A DNA stretch of 55,088 nt, filler included, from Dirinaria sp. TL-2023a (Eukaryota): assembly GCA_051941275.1 (NCBI GenBank). It is 2 parts of 2 records of this genome, joined end to end, with 100 filler letters (N's around TTAATTAATTAA, not from the genome) between each part and the next. Parts side by side here need not be neighbours in the genome. Positions count along the whole stretch, not along the records: positions 1 to 27,556 come from JAVEBF010000139.1; 1 more part is not named here. One strand, 5' to 3'. The notes under the pieces are model-generated. The model was not told the origin of the DNA. It ran no database searches and was given only the letters and a program-made list of their open reading frames with translations. Made by a program: the position numbers and the translations under genes. Position 1 is the first letter of the stretch, and the number at the start of each line of letters is the position of its first letter. Of this stretch, positions 1 through 12,973 are shown in pieces.

Positions 1-3000
1 CTCCTGCACAGCCCCAAGCACACACCACCACCACTCTCCTAGTCTCCAACCTCGACCATCATCTTCTTTCCTCACGACCCCAATCCCACTTAACCACTGC
101 AGCAACAACTCGATCTCCCACTCCCCCAACGCGGGGCGGAGATGTGATTCGATATCCTTGACGTCGGCGCCTGGTCTCTGCATCAGGACACCCAGGACGC
201 CGACGAGGGAGAGGTCCCATAGAACCGGGACCAGATTGTTGAAGAGGTCGTACCAGAAGGGGATGCGTGAGGGTTGTTTCTGGTCCCCTCTCTGCGCGCC
301 AGGAGGAGGGGGTAACGGCGGGGTTGATAGTAGGGGATTGCCGTAGATATATTTGGCGGTGGGGGAGACTTCGATGGCGAATTTCAGCCGGGCTTTGTCC
401 ATCTGCCTTGTCTCGTAGCCGCGATCCAAGAGGCCCCATTCATCCATGGGCGGGTCCTTTGGTTTCAGTTGGATCCGGCCGTGGCTGAAGAGGTTGATGA
501 GCGCTAGTGCTTCGTGGTCTTTGCTGATCGTTTGCACCGTTACCGCTGCGCCGTTGCTGCTGCGGAATTGCTCGTCGAGCCAGTCCTTGAAGGCCGCGGC
601 TCCGTGCAGGGTTTCGGTGCTGAGCGTCTTTTCGAGTACCGAGGTGCAGTGGTCTGAGAGGTCGTAGTTGCGGCCTGGGATGATGCGGTTCTCTTTTTGA
701 CCGCTCAGCACGCGAGACGCGGTCAGTTCCTTGATGCTGCGGCCGAGGACGTCTTCGCGGAAAATGCCGAGCTTGGAGGCTGCCGCTTGAGGGTCGTAGG
801 TCGCTGCTGGGACAACGACATTGGCTCGGATCCAGCTCTTTGCAATGGCGAGGCCCTCGGACTCTTGTTTCTCTGCAGAAGGAACACTGGGTGGCCCGGT
901 AATGGCACAGGTGAATGCCTGCTTGCTGATGAGGTTCAGCCTTTTACTGACGTTCATATTATACTCCGCCGAGAAATAGGTTGTCATGCTGGCTTCCGAC
1001 ATCGGTTTCAGAGAGAAGATGTTGTCGATTCCGGCGCGATCCATAGGAAGCTCGAAAGATTTCCGAGTGTGAATATCCAGATTTTCCAATGCCCAGTCGA
1101 CGACACGGGCCCAAGGATAGTCTTCGAGGCGTCCATAATCTATGGCGGGCACTTCTCCACGTTCGTAGGCCGACGGAAACACCTCTTGAAAGTCGAACAG
1201 AGTCTTTTCATAAATGATCTTGTAGTTCTGCCGGATCATTTGCCAAGCTTTATGAACGACCATTTCGTCAAACTCTGGCTCAAAAACTTTCGCTACGATG
1301 TTCCAGTCTATGTGCCGGTCCAGTCCGCCGGTCAGGGTACGGATCACGATTACAGCAACCATAAGACGATCCTCATCATCCTGACTCAGCCGTCTCCTCT
1401 TCTTCTTCCTTTTTCTAGGGAGCTTGACCTTCTTGCGCTGGCGTTGAGCATTGTCTAGCCCTTCCTGTTCTGTTCCCATTTCTGCACGTTTGCGTTTGGC
1501 ACCTTCCTGTGCTATTCCTATTTCTGCATGTTTGCGTCTGGCAGGGCAGCTTGAACGCTTAGGCCGAAGCCAAACAGGTACCTCAGAGGTTGCAGAACCA
1601 GCTAGCATCAACACCCCAAATGAACCGTGAGGTGGAGAGGCCCTAAGGGGACCGTCCGACTCTGAATCCGACTCGGAAGGTGACAAGGGTGAAGGGCTTC
1701 TTGACGGAGACGTAGTAGGCGGTTGAAATGGTGAGCCAGTTCCGGTAATGTTCCATGCATCAACTGAGTCCATTGAATGCTTCTTCCTGGGGAAGAGGCG
1801 CCTAAGGGTATATCGTTCGTCTCTGCCTGTCCAGCTTTCCCGCAGAGCTTCATCCATGTCAACAACCGGATGCTCAGCTAATTGGTGACCCTGCAAGAAC
1901 ATATGATTGACGAAAGGTGAACCTTCAAATGTGTAATCATGCTCGACATATTGCAGCTCCCACATCATTAGCTCGTCTATGTCATCGATAAACTCATGTC
2001 TCACAATGTCTAACTCATTAGGTGTAGTAACGTCATTGCCGACCCTCATTTGTGATAAATTCCATGGATTAATTGTCTGCAGTTGAAGAACTTCCCATGG
2101 TGGTTGCGTGGCCATAAGTGCTTCAGATTGCTTCCTATAATCTGTCCCTGGAAGCTGAGAGCCATCTTCTTCGGCTTCCACTGCCTGGCTACCTATCGTT
2201 CTACGCCATTTGGAGGTCCCCAGATCACCAATCCTAGAATGTAACTTTACATTCTTTATGTTTGGTTTTGGTAGCGGACTCTTCAGACTTGCTAGACGTT
2301 CGACTTTACGTTGCGGATGAACCATGTCCGAGAGGTGGAGTATGCGCCATATAGGCCGCGCTGCCGCGCCTTTGATTTTCATTCTGGTCAGAGGTGGCAA
2401 GCAGGCTTCAGAAAATTCTTGGAAGGTCTGGTTCTCGACTAGAGGAGGGAAAGCTGGAAGATTGGTGAGATACACATTCGGTGTCAAGGAGACCAGTTTT
2501 TCGTAAGAAGCACGATATTCATCCAAAAGCTTTTGTTGCTCGGAAGCAGTCAATGGTTGGTGATCTGGATATTTGCGCCGCATGTGACCAAGCCGTCCCT
2601 TGATTAGCTGTCGCTCTGATTTTTCATCTCTGTTTCCTCTACGTCGCTGTCGCCTATCGGCGTCTTCCAGCTCCTCGTCATCCCTATCCGGGATGTTCTG
2701 AGCCCTTTCTTCTCTTGCTTTCTTTCGTGCTTCGAAGCGTAATAGGTAGAGCGGCTTATTTTTGATATGAGGAATCACCGTATCCTCCTCCACAACACTC
2801 CGGTGGTAAGTGCGAACCTGCTGCGTGTGATAATTTTCTATAAAAGTTTTACTATGCTCATCTTGAAGGCCTAATTCTTCCGGGATGTAGGTAATGGGAT
2901 CGTTAGACATAATGCCCTCCTGAATCTGCTTTATTTTTGGGTTGTCATTGCTCATGCGACTAAGAATGAAGATTGGCTTGACTATCGCTCTGCCATTCGC

Positions 3001-6000
3001 ATTTTGGAAGCTGAAGCTCAGTCGATAGATCTCACCGGTCTGGATCAATGCCTTGGTGGCGGCTTTGATCGTGGCTTTATCAGGGTTCCCATCCTGACCG
3101 TGTTTCTTCCATTCGTTCGTAAAAGCAATTTCCAGTGCTCTCTCGCCTGGGATTGCACCTCCACATTGTTCTAGAAGTTCTAAGATGATTTTTTTGCGGA
3201 GTATGGCCATGGATCCTCCGGGTGCACCCAGTTTCTGGATCTTGTAAGGGCCTTTTTGAGAATTGCTCTTGGTACTAGGCTTGTCGCGAATGTGTTTCGA
3301 CAGGTTGTATGGAGCAGAGTACTTGGAAGGCTCAACATTAGGAACGTTCAGAGCGCCCCCTTTTACGGAATCGGTTCCCGCTTCACGCAAAGTCGCTTCT
3401 GATGTTGGGCTCTGAGGCGGTGGATTCCCACCATACTCGAAATTATTCTTGGGAGTCCCATGATTGCTATTTACGCCCGAATTCGTCACTTCGCCATCGG
3501 ATGCTATAAGCAGTGGCCTCGGTGTAATGGATATTTCTGCGTCTGGAAGCGTTGCTAAGCCAGACTGAATCTCCTGGTCATGGTTTGGTTTGCTCCCTTG
3601 TATGTTTGTGCTGGAACTTCGTGACGTCCTGTTCGCAGCTTCTTGTTCTTGCTCAATGGTCACAGCACCAGCTTCTGCGAGGCTAGCTTGGTACTCTGTA
3701 GGATTATTAAGGTCTGGCAGGGCAATTGCCTGAGCAAGTACACCTGGCCCTGTGCATGCTCTCTTCGGGATGTTCTCGGCGTTCGAGAAATCTGGATCTA
3801 AAGCTCTTGATTCTGAAGGCATAGCTGAAGTTTGTTCTGCATACGGCGACAGATGGTGCTCGTTTGATTCCAAGGTTTTTTTTCGTGGCTGGGAGCGCTC
3901 AAAAACATTTATTGCCTGAAGCCGTAGTTGTTCAGGTGTGTAGGCTTCATTTAGCTTGTCCACAGGTTCATCCCGGACAAACCATGAAAATACATTCAAT
4001 CGCTCGGACTTGAAAATAGCCAGCATGCTGCGCGGCTTTCCCCTGCGGCTCGAGTCTCTCTCGACATTGGACAGCCAAACTCCGGGGCCACTGGGCCTGT
4101 GAACAGTTTCGGCCAGATTTCCGTAAAAAGAAAGTCGAATATCCCGATTAGCCCATCTTTTGGTAGACTGGGCTTTGGGACTTAGGTCACGCTTTCGTTT
4201 CGGAGTGGTGACAGTAGGACTTGTCGTTTGGTTACCATCAAGGATAACGCAATCCGCAAGCCGCCTTGGTATTTTGGTATTTCGCTCACGCCGCCGTATA
4301 AAATGAGCTGGATCTATGAATGGGCGAGTGTGGGCGGCAATCGAGGGAAAGTATGGGATTGTGGAGACAGCATAATCACCAGAGGGTCGATCAAATTTGC
4401 GCTTGGTTGGCAGAACCCTGTCTGGTTGAGGATTCTGCGGAGAATCCGCTACGACTGCCGTATGCGTTGCTGCATCAGGGGAATTGGGAGACTGCGGTAC
4501 GGTATCGGATTTTCGAGCTCTGCCTCGAGCAATGGCCTTTGGACGGACACTTTGGTTTTCTCTCATCGCGTCGTCACCTAGATACTGCTGGGTGTGCGCA
4601 GCGACTGATGGCAGATACTGTTGAGGTATGTTAAAAGTCTTCTGTGCGTCCTTTCTCGCTTGATAGATACGTTTTGCTTCGTCTTCCGACTGCATACGCC
4701 ATTGCTCGTACTGCCCTGCAAGGAATGCTCGCATAGCCTCTGAAGGAGGCTTCAGGCCTGACGCGATATGACTTGCATCGATATCGGCGTAGACAGCCTC
4801 ACGAATTGCCACTGGGTCCCCGCCTTTTTCGGTGAGTAAAGCGATCTCCTTCTCAGCTTTACCAACTGCATACTTGATTCCCGAAAATTGCGACTGTCTC
4901 GATTTCTCCCTATCTTTAAGACTCATGGTCCAGAACCTTGTCGGGATATCGACCTTCTCGATTAAACGTTTATTGGGAGCGGACGGAGGTCGCTTGGCAC
5001 GAGGAGCGTATGAGCGCTTGATGGGAAGGTCCGGAGTAGCTTCACTGTGCGCTCGACTAGATTTTTGCACATGTGGATCCTGCACAGGGTCGATCTGGGC
5101 TCTACTCTTTTCCTCATTGGCAATTCTGGCGTGTTTATAACTCTTACCACCCGATCTTCGCGCCTTGGAGGCCCATGCGTTAATGCAGTCTGACAAGGTT
5201 GCATCATGGTCATTGCCCTGAAATTGGTCTTGCGCAATTTTGTGAAACCCATATTCGTCCACTTCAGGCTGTGCGTCGGGTGGGGGGATCGAGAGCTTGC
5301 CCTTCTGGGGACTCGTATCAGTGGCCGCCACCGCATCCCAAGATCTAAGACCACTATCAACGAGCTTCTTGAAGTTTTCATACGAGTAGTGGACGTAGTA
5401 TGAGGTTCTCTGGATCACGGCTGTGTCTCTAATGATAGCTAGGTGTCGAAGGTGCGGTGGCTGAGAAAGCTGCCAATAATTGACAAGTCGGTGGACGAAA
5501 CGCTCTAGTGGCTTCACCATCTTACCGCCAAAGGTAAGACGCTGAAGGTCCTGGAAGATAATCAGCGAGGACTTTGAAATACGTGAGGACTAGCATCACC
5601 TTAGTGCTTATTCCTTGGGTACCTGAGGCATTCACGGTATCGAACAACAGATGATTGACATCCTGCTCGCTCCTCCATTGCGGCGCCATACTGGCACCCT
5701 CTCCAAGCTGCTGGCTCGGAGGTTCTCCAAAGTCATTTGCTGAATGAATGCCAATTTTCTCCGCTGCGTCTGAGTTTTTCACACTCTCGGCCTCGCTGTT
5801 CTGAGCTATAGCCCCGTCATCAACGGTGGATTCGATAACATTTGTGGCCATGAGAGTCTCATAATCGCGTTCAACGGGATCCCGAAGAAGTTTCAGGCAT
5901 ACCATACGCCGGCCTGGAGCACGTTCCTCGTAGTGCGCTCGCGCATGAACCTTTTTGGTCAAGCCTATTTGCGCCATACGTCCGGTCATAGATTTCCACA

Positions 6001-7275
6001 TACTCTTACTTGGGGTTATCTGCAAGCCATTCTGGCTGTATGTTAGTACGCGATACAACCTTCGATGATCTGTACCTACTAATCTCTCTTTAAGATCGAC
6101 AATCGTGACAATCCTTGGCTCTCTCAGAATGTCAAGTATCGCATCATAGACCGTACGGTAGTCAATGAACATGGCTTCTCCGGGTTGTGATTCTCCCGAG
6201 CTGCACTTGCTGGAGACAGCAGCCGGTAATAACGGGCCCGCACTGGGAGCGAACCGTTTCGCATACAATATACTTGTCTTCATGCCTTTGGCCAAGACAG
6301 GTCTCTTGTGGATGTAGCCGCCTGCTGCTAGCAAATCGGTTCGCTTGGGTACGGATCTCTTGTCTTGACCGCTGACTTTTACTAGCTCCGACTGGAGTAT
6401 ACCCTGACTTCGACGGGATGAGATGATGGAAAGGCATTGGAATTGAGCGGGTTGAATTTTGCTGTCGTCAGGGGCATGGCCCGCTATGGCTTGCCATACG
6501 CGAGCTTTAGTAGTGTAAAGGCGATGCTCGGAGCTCGATGCGGCAAGCACGGCAGACTTCTTTATCTGCTTTTGGGAGGCTTGCTTCTGGTCTGAGGTAT
6601 TGATGGGTGCTGATTGAGCAGATTGTGCTGCAGGATTCTCCAGCACTAATTCGTGCTGGGTTCCGTCATTGATTCTTTGAAGGTCGTTTCCAGGATGGCT
6701 ATCCCATGGAGCTTTTTGGTAGGAAGCTTCCACTTGCGATAGCGAGAGCTTATTGCCCTCTCCATTCTTACCTACGCGGATTTCCGGATGCTGTACAAGC
6801 CACTTCCAGACTTGCTCAAGAAAAGGTCTATCCACAGCAAAACTGGTCGATGCTGATACATTGTCCAGAGGAGTAACAGTGGTTGCCTCTGCTCCTTCCG
6901 ATGAGTGGCCGTAGTAGTTGTTGACATACTCAACAAAATCAGAAGGTCGCGCTCCTGAAAATATCCGATGTTAGAAAAGGGGTTGTCTGTACAACGAAGG
7001 TGAAAGAGCTTGTGCTCAGGAGCGGGTCAGGATGCAATAAACTATCGCACTGAAGAAACTCCAGGACTTTTTTTTTGACGAGCTATGATAGGAATGGTAA
7101 TGGAAGTAAGTTAGAGAAGATAAGCATTTGAGATCTTGACGCATAAAAGTTATGGGCAAGGGTGCGAGTTCGAGTCGGAGCAAACACCAGCAACGTTTTT
7201 GTACTCACCTTCTTGACCACAAAAAGAGACCTCATCCAGCAAGAAGCTGATGAGGCCGTCCAAACTCTTCACCAT
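1..7275 (-). CDS. TFC3: RNA polymerase III transcription factor TFIIIC B-block-binding subunit (tau138; Tfc3/Sfc3), >2300 aa, 3' end just beyond the left edge
   Basis: Manual splicing gives exons 7275-7209 (MVKSLDGLISFLLDEVSFCGQEG), 6954-6080, 6031-5600 and 5550-<1, all GT-AG. Contains the B-block winged-helix segment (LSIISSRRSQGILQSELVKVSGQDKRSVPKRTDLL), SQPPHLRHLAIIRDT, a basic NLS-like run near 1400 and C-terminal GWRLGEWWW. The last exon was spot-checked only; it is absent from the ORF track, consistent with no stop inside the window. Confidence 0.9.
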
Positions 7276-7383
7276 CTTCCCTCCACCCGCCTTTTCAAAG
7301 AGATATTAGTCGGTGGACTCTTAGTCCATGAAAAATAAGATGCGCTTGATGCGACTCGAACGCTGGCGATGGAGGATCGAGTC
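7168..7383. promoter_or_regulatory. Cluster of three B-box (GWTCRANNC) motifs flanking the TFC3 start codon
   Basis: GTTCGAGTC at 7168-7176 (+, intron 1), GTTCGAGTC at 7353-7361 (-, upstream of ATG), GATCGAGTC at 7375-7383 (+). No tRNA cloverleaf around them. Confidence 0.55.
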
Positions 7384-7688
7384 AGACCTGCGGGGCGTTG
7401 GTTGAGTGGCTCGAGTGGCTTGGGGCCCTCTCAGTCTTGGCTTTTTCTCTCTCAATCGTCCTATCCTTATGAGCTCAACTGTCCTATCCTTATTTACTCA
7501 ATTATCGCTTTAAAATGTAACCATCTGAGTCGTCACAGAAAAATACGTACAAGTAGACATTGGACAAGTTCACCCAATCAAAGATAAAGTTCTATTCGCA
7601 GGCAATTTGTTCTCTGCGTCCCATGTATCGATTTCGTAGAGCAGGAATCTAGGGAGAGAATGTCTGAGAAGCAGAAAGTGAATGTCGA

Positions 7689-8066
7689 ATGCATAGAAAA
7701 GACTTCATATCAACACTTTCATTCGCGCTAGCTATTCTTCTGCTCTTCTCCCTCAATACTTATTTTCAAGCGCTAAATATATCCGGTCCCTTCGATACAC
7801 CGGATATAAGTCCACCCATCTCCTCTCCTTCGCCAAACTACCAAATTCAGTCAACAACGATTTCACGAAATGACAATGAAGCGACGCACCACTCAACTGC
7901 CACTGCCAAACATTTAAATCGTGAAAGAAGGTTTTCAACCCCTTTGATAACCTCGGATATAAGTACACTCATCTCTCTCCTTTACCAAATTCCCGAATTC
8001 CAGTCAACGATGATTTCACGTAGTGACGATGAATCGACGCACTACGCACTTGCCATCGTCAAATAG
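7689..8066 (+). CDS. Small hypothetical protein with hydrophobic N-terminus and internal 51-aa duplication (possibly decaying)
   Basis: 125-aa ORF with N-terminal FISTLSFALAILLLFSL and two in-frame imperfect 153-bp repeats. Confidence 0.35.
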   Translation: MHRKDFISTLSFALAILLLFSLNTYFQALNISGPFDTPDISPPISSPSPNYQIQSTTISRNDNEATHHSTATAKHLNRERRFSTPLITSDISTLISLLYQIPEFQSTMISRSDDESTHYALAIVK

Positions 8067-8087
8067 ACAAATCGTTAAAGAAGGTTT
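7787..8087 (+). repeat. Imperfect tandem duplication, period 153 bp
   Basis: CGGATATAAGT at 7801 and 7954; both copies share CAGTCAAC..GATTTCACG..TGAC.ATGAA.CGACGCAC and AAATCGT.AAAGAAGGTTT. Confidence 0.85.
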
Positions 8088-8387
8088 GAAGAGGTTGGGG
8101 GAAAAGTTTTTGAGGGAAGTAATTGATAGATTGAAGACAATCAGTGAGGAGGGCGGTTTTGGCAGCAGTCGGACCCTATCATTATTATACGTCAAATAAT
8201 CTATTTACGGAGTGCTTTCCACAGCCATCCACAATCGACACACGCTCCTCAGTCATCTGAGGCTCGTGGCGTTGAGACTGTCCAACTCTATATATGTATG
8301 AGATACCGGGAAAAGCTGTGCTCCACGCCTGAATGGAACCAAAAACCAACCTTTAGAACGCCTTCGTGAACTTTTATGCATTCCAAT

Positions 8388-9274
8388 TCAAGCCCACATC
8401 AGCAACGATCCGACGATCGTAAACAGCGCGCCCAAAGCTATTGTACCAATTGCGGCTTGGCCCTCCTTACTTGCTGCTCCTTTCTTCGCTTCCGCCGTCC
8501 GCACCACTCCTACTTTCCCTGTCAACGTTCCTAACCCAATTTCACCCTGCTTTGGTGTAGGCCCTTCGCTAGGTACTGAACTAAACTTCTGCGTGTATAC
8601 TATTGCGACCTGTTTGGAGACGCCGTTGACGACCGTCTGCTGATAAAAGGTTGTGATGGAAGGGACTTGGCCAGGGTTGGTGGCTGGTTGGGCTGCTGCA
8701 GGCACTGCTCCAGCACCGCCGACGCCGGCGGCAGGGGCTGCACCCGCTACGGGGGCTGCTGCAGCGGGAGCTATAGAAAACAGGATCTTAGCAATGATGC
8801 TCTATTTGAGGATTGAGACCATAGAGCTGCTTACCTGCTGCTGGTGCCACTGCCGGTGCTGCTACGAGTTGGACAGTCAGTATTTTTCCTGGCAGGCCAA
8901 CCTTTGTCCTAAGTTCGAGAGCTACTTACCAGCTGCAGGTTGGGCCGCCGCTGGTTGGGCCGCTGGCTGAGCCGCCGCCGGAGCTGCTGCTGGAGCCGCT
9001 AACAAGCATTGATCAGTACCGCTTTTTACTCGAACTTGAAGAGGAGCCTGTGCTTACCGGCTGCGGCCGGGGCCGCGGCGGGGGCTGCGCGAAGGTCCAG
9101 ATGTGGAAGAGGTGAAGGGCCCGACGTAACAGGGAAGGTCGTTATGGGGGAGTAGTATGTAATAACCGAAGCGTGCGGATCTGACGTGGTTTCCGATACT
9201 CGTTGAGCTGAAGTGAGAGCGCACAGTAGGAGAATTGTGGAGAAGAGGTAGAAGAGGGTCCTAAGGTCCCACAT
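8388..9274 (-). CDS. GPI-anchored cell-wall protein with Kre1-type domain and Ala/Pro/Gln stalk (~231 aa, 4 exons)
   Basis: Exons 9274-9058, 8998-8930, 8861-8835 and 8770-8388 join in frame (696 nt). Signal peptide MWDLRTLFYLFSTILLLCALTSA; Kre1-like segment VYTQKFSSVPSEGPTPKQGEIGLGTLTGKVGVVR; hydrophobic GPI tail. Confidence 0.75.
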
Positions 9275-10274
9275 GTTGAGAAACCTTCCACGAGATACCG
9301 AGAGGGGCAGCACGCGTATTGAATTTTCGAACCCTGGTTCGTAGTAGACGTTCGGTTCGGCTCGAGCTTTGATAGGCAAAATAGACCCAAGGTTGTGATG
9401 GATGATTCTGCTCTGGGATTCGGCGGTTCTATCCTCTGGTACCTGGTGGCTGTAAGAGCTCAAACCATGGGACCGTTACAATCCGCAGCGTTCCGTTGGC
9501 AAGCCGCTGCGACCTATGACAAATTATGTATTATGTATAAATTGCTACAGTAGCGAATTGGAAAGTGGTTTTGCGTCTGATGCTGGCACTGGGGAGCGTT
9601 GTTCACCCGCGTGGTAATGGCGCCAGTTACTCTTCAATTACGGCTGCCAAGGATAGCTATAAGCAACGGTTCTTGCTGGGAGGGTGCCAGTAACGACTGT
9701 GTTGATAGATTTTGGTGATAGATATTAATTTGGTGATGGAGAAAAGTTGAAGTGAAGCAGGGTACCTTGATGTAAGGAGTGTAAGGTACGAGTGTCGAGT
9801 ACTCTCGTACCTGTGCCTCGTTCCTGCCATAAGGAGCAGGATCGGCAAAGTTTATTCTTGGACAGGGGCAGCCAATCAAACGCAAGAGCGCTATCATTCA
9901 GTTTCGTTCATGAGCAATGGATTATGGATATCTCTGCCACCGTTACCAAAGACCTGCTTTCTAAAGATATACATCTTCGGTGCATGCGTGCGGTTGTTCC
10001 AGCACTCAAGCTGACTTAAAGCTGGGAAATATGCAGATGGCGGAGTTGCGAGTGACGTGAATCGACGTCAGGATCAGAAGTTATTATGCATTCCTCGTAG
10101 AATATGCCACAACGGAGCATCCCGCACGAGTACTCAAGAAGAAAGTAGATACACGAAACGAAGCCCGAGGCGATAAACCAACCCTTTCCGAAGCCCTCAT
10201 GAAAATATAGACGCACGAGAAACGAATGATATGGGAACATGCCGTACAGTCGCAGGGTATCCTTAAGTATTACA

Positions 10275-11460
10275 CTATAAACACCAGTCCATTATCTTCA
10301 GTAGCGTCAGCGCAATCGCTATCGTCCATGTGCCCTGTGTCCACCGTGCTAATGGCGCGTCGCTCTTCTTGCTGCCGGACACAGTCTGGTTGGTAGTCAT
10401 GTTGGTCTGCTGGCTGAAGAAGAATGTATGGGCGCTTGAGTTACCGTTGGGGGCAGTCGTAATCTCCGGTACTGGGCAGGTAGCATTGACCGCTTTGATA
10501 TCTTTACACCGATTCTTCCAGTCATTTTGTCGTCCAACGTCAGAGGAGTTGAAGTAGCCTTTCAGATACTCGACAGTAAGGATCGCATCAGTGGACGGTG
10601 GCCCGGCGCTCCAGTGCGGGTCGCCGTTACTCCAGTGCGATAGAGTAATATGGCCAGGAGAGGTGGGGATAGATTTCGTCATTGTGTCCAGAAGTACACC
10701 GTCTGCGTAGAACTTGACCGAGTCTGGCGCCCAGTCGAAGCGATACTCGTGAAACTCTTCGTCTGGCTGGTACGGAAGCTGATGAATCTGGTAACCAGCG
10801 GTACCAGCTGCGTTGAATCCTTGCTGTTCCGACTCCGGAGATTGTAGCACTAGATTGACGGGCGACGAGGAGTCGTTCTGTTGGACTCCGAGGAATTCCA
10901 TATCGATTTCCTGAGTATCGTTGAAGTACTGCGTACATCGTGAGCATGAGGCACTGAGGGTAAGCATGTTAGAGATGTTGGTTTGTCCGTACCCAAAAGA
11001 AAGCGCCGCACGTCCCGTTCGTGGCAGTGATTTTCATGCCCGCACGAAAGCTGCCGTACAAAATGTCTTCTCGTGTTGTCACCATCTCCGCCATCGGTAT
11101 CAAGCCGCCCTGGCCTGGGTTGCCTCCTCTAACAAACAGCTGTATCCCCGCATCCCCTCCGTTTACGCCATCGCCCGCCCAATCATATTGAGACTTGAGC
11201 GGGTTCGCGACGACGTTGGTTATCTGCGCATTCTTCCCAAACGGGCCTCTTGCGAGCGCGGGAGAGACTTGATACTCTTGGGGTTGCCAGTCGGTGTCAC
11301 TGGTGATGTTCTTCAGATGCAGAAAATCGGTCTCGATCAAGTCCGTGTAGAGAGTGGAGTTGACAGTGTAACCGCATTCGCAAAAAGCGCGTACGGTGGG
11401 CACGAGACGTGCGAGTAACAGGGTGGAGAAGGTATACAGACTAGAATGAACGAAGACCAT
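10275..11460 (-). CDS. Glycoside hydrolase family 16 (secreted, probably GPI-anchored beta-glucanase/transglycosylase)
   Basis: Signal peptide; one intron 10992-10929 (FFW|YFND); catalytic EIDMEF motif; FHEYRFDW; hydrophobic C-terminus. Confidence 0.9.
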
Positions 11461-12973
11461 GTTGGCGACGAATGCTGGTCAAGGAGTGACGCGAAAGAGA
11501 GCAAAGAATGAATGTAAAAAGAAGAAGCGTGCGAAAGGAGTGTTTTTCCTACTGTACTTTGACTGTACTCTAGCGGGCTGTGGGATAGAATGGGGAGGCC
11601 AGAAATTTCGAGGGGGGATCCATGACTGATAGCGCCAACGCTAATGCTGATTGGATGCGGCCAGTAGGGAAGGGAAGGGAAGGACAGGGAAAGGCCTTTA
11701 GGTGGGAACTAAGAAAGCCCTTCAATGGAGATCCAGACGCGATTCCTGGGAAGCTGCAGCGGAACCGGTCTTTTCCCAGGGGCCTCAGCCTAGATCCATA
11801 GGTACCTTAATTCCCACCAACCCCCTCGACCGGTTGCCCGCAGTGGTCGAAACAGTGAAATGACAGTCTCTGTGCGTCCTTCCCTCACCCCTTCATAGCT
11901 TGTCGAGGTTGTTTTCTCGACACTGTCCCTTCAGGAACCCTTGCTGCCCTGCCGGCTATGCGCAGACATGTCGCAGCGCAGTACAGCACAAAGGTACGGA
12001 GTACACTGTCAACCAAAGCTCATTTACACGCCAACGGTCTCTCGACGGAGCTTGTGACCCTTACCTTAGTGGTCATTACCGAGTCCGTAGTAGGCTCGTA
12101 TAGGCAAGTGCCAAATTTGCATCTCCGTCGTACCACTGCGAGCACTTCATGTTTTTACTCTCTTTCTTTCTCTCTCTCTATATTTGTCCTCGGATCTTCC
12201 TTTGCCACCGTCATCTCCCTAGAGGTTGCATCGTCCTGGAAGTGGGGTCGATGGCTTGCTCGGATTTACGGATTGAGAGATCCCTAACCTCCAACAGTAC
12301 CAAACATTATTATTGACTATCGAATCTCCGAGAATCCGAGGATCGGCTCAGCCAAGCTAAGATTTGAGGCGCTGCTATTGCTAAAGGTACTATGGAGTGC
12401 TAGGAAAAGGCTACCAGTCCCTGTTTAGCGAAGTACCTGGGTACCCCTGGCAGGGGTACAGCAAATAGCAGCACCCGAAAACACTAGTTTGGTAGCTATT
12501 TGTTCCTTCTCAGCTCGAGTCAGCACTCTACTTGGATGTCTACATTAGGTAAGGAAGTACATTCTTTTAGTTCTACCCTTCCGCACGTGAGCTTAGCTTA
12601 GCTACCTTACCTTACGCCTTCCACGTATACGCGGTCAAAGCGTTATAATCATCAATTGGCTATTTTCTCATACTATATTCTACGCCTCCCTAACCTACTG
12701 AATAGCCTGCAAAAGTACGCAAGATCGATTGCGTGAATCGACGTTTCACCAAAAACGGTTTCCTGAGCCGAGACGTGGAGAAGCTTACGGAGCGGCTCGA
12801 TGTGTGCATAAAGGCGGTTTTTTTTTTGGTCTGTGCGATTATGATTCAACATATGTTGGTCGCATGTACGTCGTACGGAGTAAAAAGTATCGATGTTCCC
12901 AACGGCTCTAATCAAACAAGCTTATGCATTATTACCCCTACACACAGATACATTCGATGCCTCCTCGGCCTCG

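Noticed and set aside
59..5403. Many short ORFs, including 697-1458 (+, 253 aa)
   Set aside because: Antisense or off-frame shadows of the long TFC3 exon.
7140..7200. tRNA gene around GCGAGTTCGAGTC
   Set aside because: The T-stem cannot close (GCGAG versus CGGAG) and there is no acceptor or D arm; kept only as a B-box.
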